Virus record (IMG/VR): IMGVR_UViG_3300044970_001685
Reading direction: 5' to 3' (one strand)
Length of the DNA stretch: 64,000 bases
From: a virus
This document shows positions 36,696 to 45,400 of this stretch, piece after piece; position 1 is the stretch's first letter; each line of letters begins with the position of its first letter. Made by a program: the position numbers and the translations under genes. Below the pieces are notes generated by a model. That model had not been told where the DNA came from, did not search any database, and saw only the letters and a program-made list of their open reading frames with translations.

Positions 36696-38813
36696 ATGTT
36701 AGATCAGTCTCTAATAAAAAGTAATTTTATAGGAAAAGATGGATTTATATGGTGGATTGGACAAATTCCACCAGAGGAAAATCATCAAGGACAAATTAAT
36801 GGTGCTGGTTGGGGACACAGATATAAAGTTCGCATTTTAGGATATGATTCTCCTAGAACATCAGAACTTTCAAATGATGAACTTCGTTGGGCGCAAGTTA
36901 TGCTCCCAACAACCGCTGGATCTGGTGCAGCAAACCAGGCAACAACTGTCTCAATCTCGCCAGGTGATTGGGTTTTTGGATTTTTCTTAGATGGATCACC
37001 AGATTATAGTTTACCAGTAATCCTTGGTGTATTTGGCAGAACATCACTAGTTGGAACTAATCAATACATAGCACCTTTTCAACCCTATACTGGATATACA
37101 AATAAGGTTGATAATGATGGTGCTAACCTCATAAAAAATGAGGCAAATGAAAATAATGCGAATTCGCAAAAATCACCAAGACACGTATCACCAAATCAAG
37201 CAAAGAAAATTGGTCCAGATGAAAGATCTTATTATAGTGCAATTGGAGACACTATAAAAGCAGCAACTGGATCTACTTCAAGTACAATTGAAAAAATATC
37301 AACTGAAGTTGATAACTTTGTAAATAAAATACAATCAATTTCTGATAATGTAACCGGAGCAATTGGAAAAACAAAAGCATTAATTAACGCAGAAATTGCA
37401 AACATAACAGCAAAAATACAAAAAATTGCAAGTGGAATTGTTAATAATGTAATTAACAATTTATATAAAGCATTAGAACCAGTATTAAACGCTGGATTGA
37501 AATTGCTTTATAAAACAGTTTATGCAATTGTTTTTGCCGCAACTCAAAATGATCCAATAGCACATCAGGCAGGAGTTGCAGCACAAGCAGCAATGATCGC
37601 ACCAGTTCAAGCAATTGAAGAAGCGTTGCCTTGCATTGCCAATTCAATATTAGGATCTATTGGTAATGTAATTAAAAATCTTTTAAGTTCAGTTGCAGAT
37701 AATGTTGCTAATTTTGTGAGTTGTATTTCAGAACAATTTATTGGCGGGTTATTAAATCATATCATTGGTGGAATAGATTCAATACTTACACCTCTTCTTG
37801 GTGGAGTTGAAAAGATTTTAATGGGATTTAATCTAATTTCATTTTTGAGATCAAGTGCAGAAGGACTATTAAGTAGAAATTTCAGACGCTCTTGTAATGA
37901 AATTGCTCCAAATTATAATTCCCCAACAAATCAGTGGGTTATTGGCAAAGGTGCAAAAGAAGAACCTGGTATTCCTATAAACGCTATTTTAGAATCTGCT
38001 AATCTAGCAGCATCGATAGCAGAATCTTTCATCAATACGGGAGAAGCAATAGATGACTTTGTAAAAGATGTTGGATCTCTTGACTTCTTAGGAAAAGGAT
38101 TCTCAAATCCAGGATTCAAAGGTCTCGTTTCCGATTGTTATGGTGGTCCACCATTAAATTGTGGAGGAGTTAAAGTTAAGATATTTGGAAGCAATGGATC
38201 AGGAGCATCTGCAAGAGCAATTATTGGTTCATTAGTTGGTGATGGACCAATTGTAACTGGAAGTATTGTTGGATTTGAAATAGATGATGGTGGGTCTAAT
38301 TATGATTTCCCACCATTTGTAGAAATTATTGATGATTGCAAACAAGGATATGGGGCTGTGGCAAGATCAGTCATAGATTATGATGAAGAGTCTCCAACTT
38401 ATGGACAAGTGATTGAAATTTACATTGTTTCTGAGGGTGAAAATTATCCTGTTAGTGGAACAGTTGAAGCAACGAGTCCAGAACCACCGTATGTTATTGA
38501 TGATATTGTTATTATTGAACCTGGAACTGGATATACGAATACCGATACAGTTATAAATGTATCTACTCTTGATGCTGTTGGTATTTCCACTACGAGTCCT
38601 ATTTCATATAAAATACAGGTTGGTGATAATGGAGAGATTACTAAAGTATTCCCAATAAATAGTCAATTGAATAATGTTTTAGAAGTTAATGATTTGCCAG
38701 TTCTTAAAGTGATAAGTGAAACTGGTTATGGAGCAACTCTCAAAGCAAGACTAAAACCGAGAAAACAATATCAAGGTGAAGTTAAACAACAAATAGATTG
38801 TATCGGTAAGTAA
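36696..38813 (+). CDS. gp5: Baseplate hub gp5, N-terminal OB part
   Basis: G.DGF.WWIGQ, RYKVRI.G, L.WA.V..P, V.GFFLDG. Confidence 0.8.
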   Translation: MLDQSLIKSNFIGKDGFIWWIGQIPPEENHQGQINGAGWGHRYKVRILGYDSPRTSELSNDELRWAQVMLPTTAGSGAANQATTVSISPGDWVFGFFLDGSPDYSLPVILGVFGRTSLVGTNQYIAPFQPYTGYTNKVDNDGANLIKNEANENNANSQKSPRHVSPNQAKKIGPDERSYYSAIGDTIKAATGSTSSTIEKISTEVDNFVNKIQSISDNVTGAIGKTKALINAEIANITAKIQKIASGIVNNVINNLYKALEPVLNAGLKLLYKTVYAIVFAATQNDPIAHQAGVAAQAAMIAPVQAIEEALPCIANSILGSIGNVIKNLLSSVADNVANFVSCISEQFIGGLLNHIIGGIDSILTPLLGGVEKILMGFNLISFLRSSAEGLLSRNFRRSCNEIAPNYNSPTNQWVIGKGAKEEPGIPINAILESANLAASIAESFINTGEAIDDFVKDVGSLDFLGKGFSNPGFKGLVSDCYGGPPLNCGGVKVKIFGSNGSGASARAIIGSLVGDGPIVTGSIVGFEIDDGGSNYDFPPFVEIIDDCKQGYGAVARSVIDYDEESPTYGQVIEIYIVSEGENYPVSGTVEATSPEPPYVIDDIVIIEPGTGYTNTDTVINVSTLDAVGISTTSPISYKIQVGDNGEITKVFPINSQLNNVLEVNDLPVLKVISETGYGATLKARLKPRKQYQGEVKQQIDCIGK

Positions 38814-38814
38814 T

Positions 38815-39357
38815 ATGGCACAAAGACCTTTCGAAAAACAAAATTGGCAAAGAAGAAAGTATCATTCTTTTAGTCCTCATTTCAGAATTGATACTGGTAA
38901 CCCTCAAATGGGTTTAAATGGTAGTGATGTTTATAATTTATATGGTGTAAATGATGAAAGAGATGTTTCTCTTGTAGGAATGTCTTTTGGTGGAATGTTT
39001 CATATTTACAATGATCAATCGATTGAAATTATAGGTGGTCAAAAAAGTACCACAACTGGAGTTGATATTATTATTACTGGAAAAAATGGTGATATCTGGA
39101 TTACTGCTGAGAAAAATGGACAAGTTAGAATTCGTGGAGCAAATGTTGTAGTAGATGCGGATGAAAATCTAACGTTAAAAGCAGGAAATAGTGTTAAAAT
39201 TGAAGCAGGCAATAAAATAGATCTTAAATCAAATATTGCAAACTGTGATGCTCTTTCGGGTAATTTGGCACCAGAGAATGCAACCTTTATGAATGGTGTG
39301 TTTAGAGGAACTTATGTAGCAGATAAAGCGTTAGGAACTCTTGGTGGTTTCTTATAA
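38815..39357 (+). CDS. gp5 C-terminal beta-helix/spike protein
   Basis: Beta-helix repeats (I.I.A..G.V.I.G..V.V.A..NL.L.AG). Confidence 0.65.
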   Translation: MAQRPFEKQNWQRRKYHSFSPHFRIDTGNPQMGLNGSDVYNLYGVNDERDVSLVGMSFGGMFHIYNDQSIEIIGGQKSTTTGVDIIITGKNGDIWITAEKNGQVRIRGANVVVDADENLTLKAGNSVKIEAGNKIDLKSNIANCDALSGNLAPENATFMNGVFRGTYVADKALGTLGGFL

Positions 39358-39368
39358 GGAGTTAAAAA

Positions 39369-39605
39369 ATGGCATTTACAGATTCAGAAAACTTATCAGA
39401 TTTAAAAGTTTTTAATGATGAAGTTTGGTTTAATGAAGATGTCAGATTCTACAAAAACGTTGTAGTTTCTGGAACTTTATTTTACAATAACGCTCAACTT
39501 TCTCCATCTTCTGGTGGTGGAGGAGGAGGTGGTGGTGGAGGTGGATCTTTACCATCAGGATCTAATGGTGGATTTAGTGCAGTAACTTGGATTTTATCCA
39601 CCTAA
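39369..39605 (+). CDS. Small structural protein with a poly-Gly linker
   Basis: Run of ten Gly; AGGAG RBS. Confidence 0.6.
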   Translation: MAFTDSENLSDLKVFNDEVWFNEDVRFYKNVVVSGTLFYNNAQLSPSSGGGGGGGGGGGSLPSGSNGGFSAVTWILST

Positions 39606-39635
39606 TAAATAAAAAAATATCATTGTTTTTAACTA

Positions 39636-40007
39636 ATGACATCTCCTAATATTGTATCTACAACCAGCATATATGGTGTGACAACTGCTGGTGAATTAAC
39701 AACATCAACTGTTTCTTTGCTTTCTAATGCGACTTCTAGTGGAAAGTTATATAGAGTAAATACAATTATTGTAACAAACGTTGATGGAACAAATAGTGCT
39801 AACGTAACAATCTCATACAATACCGCAGAGGAAGGTGGTGGAGATAATTACGAAATTGCATCAACAATTGCGGTTTTACCGGACTCTACATTAGTTGTTT
39901 TAGGAAAAGATTCTTCAATTTATTTACAAGAAGATAGATCAATTACAGGTCTTGCATCAGCAAATTCTGATTTAAAATATATCATTTCATATGAAGAAAT
40001 ATCGTAA
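39636..40007 (+). CDS. Small beta-rich adaptor protein
   Basis: PNIV....IYG...NVDGTN.A...IYL.ED.SI...SYEEIS. Confidence 0.7.
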   Translation: MTSPNIVSTTSIYGVTTAGELTTSTVSLLSNATSSGKLYRVNTIIVTNVDGTNSANVTISYNTAEEGGGDNYEIASTIAVLPDSTLVVLGKDSSIYLQEDRSITGLASANSDLKYIISYEEIS

Positions 40008-40015
40008 TAAAAAAT

Positions 40016-40834
40016 ATGGTTAAATTTATAGGAAATCGGATTGGAAGTTCAGTAACTAATGCACTATCTCAATCGGGAATTTTTAATTTATTCTCTCAGG
40101 AATATTTAAATAGAAGTTCAAATTGGGATACTCAATCTAGATATCATTATTTTACTTCTCCTGGATCAATTGATGTTTCATCATACTATCCAAAGATATC
40201 AAGAATAGATTTTTTTGGAGTTACTGGTGGTGGCGGTGGAGGTTCTGGAGCTCCTGGAATTCCTAGGTCAGCAGATGGGGGCGCGGGTGGAACTGGTGGA
40301 TCTAGTGGAACAATTACAGTTTACTTAAACGCTCCAAAAGCACCATATTCTCCAGGAACTATACCAGTAAGTGTTGGATCTAATTTTCCAACACCTGTCT
40401 CAGGTCCAAATCCTGGACCAGGAGGATCTGTGTTATCAGTTCCACAATCAATAAAAACTGTATTTTCTAGTTATGGTATAAACACATTTCCAACAGCAGC
40501 AACTGGTTACGGTGAAGGTGGTTTTGCAGGAGATGGTGGATTTGGTGGTGCAGGAGGAGTTGCCTTTAATAAATCAACTTCTGAACCAGCACCTTTAGTA
40601 CCAGAAATACCGTTCGTTCAGGGTACAAAAGGTTCAAATGGAAACTACGTAGTCAGTGCTGGTGGAAATGCTATTCGTACTGGCGGTGAAGGAGGAGATG
40701 GTGGTTTTGGATATGGTGGAGGCGGCGGTGGAGGCGGCGGCGGTGCTGAATATGATGGAAATACTTCATCAGGAGGTCCTGGACAACCTGGATCGCCAGG
40801 ACTAATCGTTGTAAAAATTACATATCAATATTAA
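40016..40834 (+). CDS. Glycine-rich tip/adhesin-like protein
   Basis: FTSPG, GGGGGGSG, GLIVVKI end. Confidence 0.7.
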   Translation: MVKFIGNRIGSSVTNALSQSGIFNLFSQEYLNRSSNWDTQSRYHYFTSPGSIDVSSYYPKISRIDFFGVTGGGGGGSGAPGIPRSADGGAGGTGGSSGTITVYLNAPKAPYSPGTIPVSVGSNFPTPVSGPNPGPGGSVLSVPQSIKTVFSSYGINTFPTAATGYGEGGFAGDGGFGGAGGVAFNKSTSEPAPLVPEIPFVQGTKGSNGNYVVSAGGNAIRTGGEGGDGGFGYGGGGGGGGGGAEYDGNTSSGGPGQPGSPGLIVVKITYQY

Positions 40835-40869
40835 TATATTAAAAATAAATAATTAAAAATTTTCTTACT

Positions 40870-41331
40870 ATGAGAATTACCGTAAGAGTTGAAGATAATT
40901 ATATCTCAATAGATGGTCAATATCTTTCAAATATAAAAACGGATTTATCCTGGATTCCTTCTGGAATTATATCTTTAGAATGGTATAATGACTATGGAGA
41001 AATAGAGTATGAAGATAGGAAAGAAAACACAACAGAATTTGAAATTTTTCAACAATGTGTGGATGTTTTTTACACAGAATTGCAAAGAATTGAATATGAA
41101 AGAGTAACAATAAAACCAGTAGAAGTTGATTATTGGAGAGAACTTAGAAATAGAAGAAATTACATTTTACAAATGACAGACTGGACACAGTGTAGAGATA
41201 TTTTCCTTGAAAATGATGAGGAGTGGAAAGTTTATCGACAAGAATTAAGAGATCTACCAAAAAATATTGAAGATCCACAACCTTTAATGCTTGATAAAAA
41301 CCATCCAGACTGGCCCACGCCACCCTCTTGA
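40870..41331 (+). CDS. Tail-fibre assembly chaperone
   Basis: W..LR..RN..L..TDWTQ..D......W..YRQ.LRDLP...WP.PP. Confidence 0.8.
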   Translation: MRITVRVEDNYISIDGQYLSNIKTDLSWIPSGIISLEWYNDYGEIEYEDRKENTTEFEIFQQCVDVFYTELQRIEYERVTIKPVEVDYWRELRNRRNYILQMTDWTQCRDIFLENDEEWKVYRQELRDLPKNIEDPQPLMLDKNHPDWPTPPS

Positions 41332-41356
41332 CACCAGACCCAAGACCCCCTATAAT
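41328..41356 (+). promoter_or_regulatory. Consensus sigma70 promoter
   Basis: TTGACA-17 nt-TATAAT. Confidence 0.85.
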
Positions 41357-41381
41357 ATGGGGGTAATCAACGGAACACCAA

Positions 41382-41582
41382 ATGAGCACCGCACAAGAAA
41401 CCGTACAGGGTATTGTGATTGATGTCTGCACCCGCACTTTCCTCCTTCTCAGTGATCAGGGCAGTGAGCGCCTGGTTGAGTGTGAGACTGTTCAAGAGTT
41501 TATGAACGTGTTGGAAGTTGTCACTGCTCAACTTGATCCTGAGCAGATTGAGTATGCTGATCTTGCAATTTATGGTGAGTGA
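41382..41582 (+). CDS. Conserved cyanophage hypothetical protein
   Basis: ORF downstream of the promoter; C.T..EFMNVL. Confidence 0.7.
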   Translation: MSTAQETVQGIVIDVCTRTFLLLSDQGSERLVECETVQEFMNVLEVVTAQLDPEQIEYADLAIYGE

Positions 41583-41612
41583 TGCTATAATATAAATATC
41601 CGAAAGAAATCA

Positions 41613-41786
41613 ATGGAAATTTTCACGGTGCAAGAATTTCAAGAAAGATTTGATGAACTGATTGAAAGAGTGGAAAACGGAGAGCATATAGGAATCGTGG
41701 ATGAAAATGGTAAAGCAGCAGTTATGATACCTGCGGATGATGACCTCATACGAATACACACTGAGTTAAATAACGAGGCATCATAA
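41613..41786 (+). CDS. Phd/YefM-like antitoxin-fold protein (57 aa)
   Basis: MEIFTVQEFQERFDELIERVENGEHIGIVDENGKAAVMIPA. Confidence 0.6.
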   Translation: MEIFTVQEFQERFDELIERVENGEHIGIVDENGKAAVMIPADDDLIRIHTELNNEAS

Positions 41787-41792
41787 AAGCAA

Positions 41793-41864
41793 GGGAGCAT
41801 AGCTTAATGGTCAGAGCGGCCTGCTTATAACGGGTTAGTCTGGGTTCAACTCCCAGTGTTCCCA
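41793..41864 (+). tRNA. tRNA-Ile(TAT)
   Basis: Acceptor GGGAGCA/TGTTCCC; anticodon arm GCCTG-CTTATAA-CGGGT; TTCAACT T-loop. Confidence 0.9.
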
Positions 41865-41866
41865 TT

Positions 41867-41939
41867 GCTCGTTTAGCAATCTGGTGAATGCACCGATCTC
41901 ATAAATCGGCATAGGTGGGATCGTTCCCCACAACGAGCA
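41867..41939 (+). tRNA. tRNA-Met/Ile2(CAT)
   Basis: GCTCGTT/AACGAGC; CCGAT-CTCATAA-ATCGG; atypical T-loop ATCGTTC. Confidence 0.8.
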
Positions 41940-41941
41940 CT

Positions 41942-42021
41942 TGCCGTGGTTCATAACTTATGATAGAATCCAGTGGGGCATCTATCAAACGGTTTTGATT
42001 TAGTCTCACAAACACACGGCA
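41942..42021 (+). ncRNA. Candidate structured ncRNA in the tRNA cluster
   Basis: Closing stem TGCCGTG/CACGGCA, three internal hairpins and a potential pseudoknot. Confidence 0.5.
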
Positions 42022-42029
42022 TCAAACAA

Positions 42030-42113
42030 GCGAGTATGGTGGAATCGGTAGACACACCAGACTTAAAATCTGTTGGGGGCAACCTCGTGGGAGTTCAAGT
42101 CTCCCTACTCGCA
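42030..42113 (+). tRNA. tRNA-Leu(TAA)
   Basis: GCGAGTA/TACTCGC; CTTAAAA loop; long variable arm; TTCAAGT. Confidence 0.92.
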
Positions 42114-42144
42114 TAAAAATAAATATAAGATATGGGAAAACCCT

Positions 42145-42447
42145 ATGTCTTATCGTATCGATCACGCATACTGCTGGTACAATAATGGCAGTATGATTGT
42201 GAAGATGTATTTTATCAATCACATTCCTTTTACGTTTGACGAACTTCCAGATGGTCACTTATATGATCAAGATCTTTGTAGAGCAGCAGATAAAAATCGT
42301 ACATTTGAACCCGAAGATTTATACAGAAACTCATTCTATTTGATAGACGAAGAGGTCCATCCTTGCTTTTTTCCAGTTGAGTTAGAGAATCCAGAAGATA
42401 TGCCTGATGATGTTATTGAATATGATGAGGAGGATTTAATGGGATAA
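42145..42447 (+). CDS. Conserved cyanophage hypothetical protein
   Basis: MSYRIDHAYCWY...MYFI..IPFTFDEL; the track start overlaps tRNA-Leu, so ATG 42145 is used. Confidence 0.75.
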   Translation: MSYRIDHAYCWYNNGSMIVKMYFINHIPFTFDELPDGHLYDQDLCRAADKNRTFEPEDLYRNSFYLIDEEVHPCFFPVELENPEDMPDDVIEYDEEDLMG

Positions 42448-42482
42448 ATAAAGCATAGAAATATCTTGGCGAATATAATCCG

Positions 42483-45400
42483 ATGCCTCTTAATAAGCTA
42501 GAGAATTTTATCAAGAATACAGAAGGTCGTATTCTTTATGTTAACCCCAATGATCTTGATGCTACTGATGGTATTGAGAATCAGGGTAACTCATTAACAA
42601 AACCATTTAAAACGATTCAGAGAGCATTAATTGAGTCTGCTAGATTCTCGTATCTAAGAGGAAATGATAATGATATTACAGAAAAAACAACAATTCTTTT
42701 ATTTCCTGGCGAACACCTAGTTGATAATAGACCTGGTTATGCAATCAAAGATAATGGTGGAGTTGCAACGGCAGTTTCTCCAACAGGTGCAGAATCTTTT
42801 GCTGGTGCAGAATTAACTTTAACACTTAATTCTAACTTTGATCTTACACAATCGGACAATATTCTCTATAAGTTTAATAGTATTTACGGTGGAGCAGTTG
42901 TTCCAAGAGGAACTTCAATCGTTGGTCTTGATTTAAGAAAGACTAAAATTCGACCAAAATACGTTCCAAATCCCACGGATTCTAACGCACCGACTAGTGC
43001 CATTTTTAGAATTACTGGTGCTTGTTATTTTTGGCAGTTTTCTATTTTTGATGGAAATGAACTTGGTCTTGTCTATACTGACCCGTCTGATTTTTCTGCG
43101 AATAATCAGTCCAGACCAACATTTTCACACCATAAGCTGACTTGTTTCGAATATGCTGATGGTGTAAATTTACCAAGTGGTTATGCCATTACAGATCTTG
43201 ATATGTATTATAGCAAGGTCGGTAATGCTTTTAATAGAGCATCTGGAAGGGAAATTGATCAAAAATATCCATCTGAACCAAATTCATTTGCTAAGCAAAG
43301 ACCAGAATGGGAAATTGTTGGAGCATTTGCTGCTGATCCAATTACCATTTCTTCAATCATTTCTGGTGATGGTGCAACACCAGGAACAGTTGTCACAGTT
43401 ACAACACAAACGCCACACGGATTGACTGGTGGAACTCCAATTAAGATCCGTGGAATTAACGTTAATGATTATAATATTTCAACAAAAGTTTCTTCTGTTA
43501 TTAGTAGCACTACATTCACTTATTCACTATCAAACGTAAGAGCGAACTTACCAGCAGGTCCAGCAGCAGGATTGGCACCTGGTCCAACCGCAGCAGTTAT
43601 TATTGAAACTGACACTGTATCTGGTGCTTCCCCATACGTATTCAACGTATCCTTACGCTCTGTATGGGGTATGAATGGAATGCACGCTGATGGTGCAAAA
43701 GCATCAGGTTTCCGTTCAATGGTCGTCGCACAGTTTACTGCTGTATCTCTACAAAAAGATGACCGTGCTTTTGTAAAATATAATCCATCAAATAGAACGT
43801 ATGATAGCATTGGGATTACAAAAGTAACTGGTGAAGCTCTTTCATCAGAATCATCATCAATTAATCAGGCATTTGTTTATCACCTTGATCCCGACGCAAT
43901 TTATAGACAAGGTTGGGAGATTAGTCACATTAAGATGTCAAACGATGCGTTTATTCAAATCGTTTCCGTCTTTGCTATTGGATTTACTTATCATTTCGAT
44001 ACTCGTAGTGGTGGTGATGCTTCGATTACAAACTCTAACTCTAACTTTGGTCAAGTATCACTTCTTGCTGATGGATTTAAAGCAGAAGCATTTACAAAAG
44101 ATAACAAGGGATATATTACATCAATTGTTTCTCCAAGAGCAATTGTTAAGGATGAATCCCAAATCGAATGGGTTCAATTTGATGTAAGCAAAACAAAATC
44201 AGTTGGAATTAGCAATCATCTATACTTATTAGGATACAACAAACTAGATATTGCACCTCCGATTATTTCTCAGGGTTATAGAATTGGTGCAAGAGTTAAT
44301 GATGCTGTATATGTTTCAACATATAAAGCAAATATTTTAATGACCAATGGTCCGATCGTTTCTCCTGCTACAACGATTTCTGGATCAGATAGTTCTGCCA
44401 AAGTTTATAAAACAACACTATCAAATACTTCTAACGGGACAGTTTATACGATTCCCACAGGACATTCACTGAGAAACGGTGAATCCATTCGTATTTTCAG
44501 TGAAACTGGTGATCTACCCGAAGGCATTGAAGAGAATACGTTATATTATGCAGTAACTTCGGAAAAGAAAACCACATTAGGTGCCACTGAAATTCAAATT
44601 GCTTCTTCAAGAACAAATGCATCATCACAAACACCATTAACAATTACTGCTTATGGTGGGCAACAACTTAGAATTGAAAGTAGAGTTTCTGACAAAGAGT
44701 CTGGGGAACTAGGTCATCCTATTCAGTGGGATCCAAATCAAAATCAGTGGTTTGTTCATGTAAGTGCTAATAGTGAACTTTATACTTATATTAATGGTCT
44801 TACAATTCCGGAAACAGATATTTCTTATGTTTTAAGAAAAGAAGACGATAGAAGTTTAGATGAAAAAATTTATAAACTTCGTTATGTAATTCCAAAAGAA
44901 CTTTCAAATGGTAGAGCTCCTAGCGAAGGATTTGTCATACAAGAATCAAGTTCTACTTCGGTTAGAGAAAACTCCGACTTCTCTTTAACATCACTGACAA
45001 GATCAGATTATGATTATGATCGTAATCCAAGATTTATTTCAACTTGCACATTTAATTCTGGAACTGCAACAGTCACTGTTAGAGCAGACTCCACTCACGA
45101 TTTGAGAGTTGGTGATAAAATTATTGTCACAAACGCCCAGAGCACTACTAATACGTCTGGAACAAAGAATATTGGGTATAATGGAACATTTGCAGTTTCT
45201 GCAATTACTGATGATAAAACTTTCTCATACAGCTCCACCGACATATTCGGAGTAACTCATAATCCTGGAACATTTACAAGTAATACTAATACCAGAACAA
45301 AAGATCTTCCCAGATTCACTAGATCTGATGTAATTGACAATTTCTATGTTTACAGATCAGAAGTTGTTACACCATACATTTACAATGTTCAGGATGGTGT

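Noticed and set aside
41940-42021. tRNA-associated HDV-like (theta) ribozyme or a fourth tRNA
   Set aside because: The 5' end pairs with the extreme 3' end, which is not HDV topology, and there is no T-loop or 7-nt anticodon loop; kept only as an unknown ncRNA
42022-42258. Minus-strand ORF and upstream extension of 42073..42447
   Set aside because: Both overlap tRNA-Leu; the real gene starts at ATG 42145
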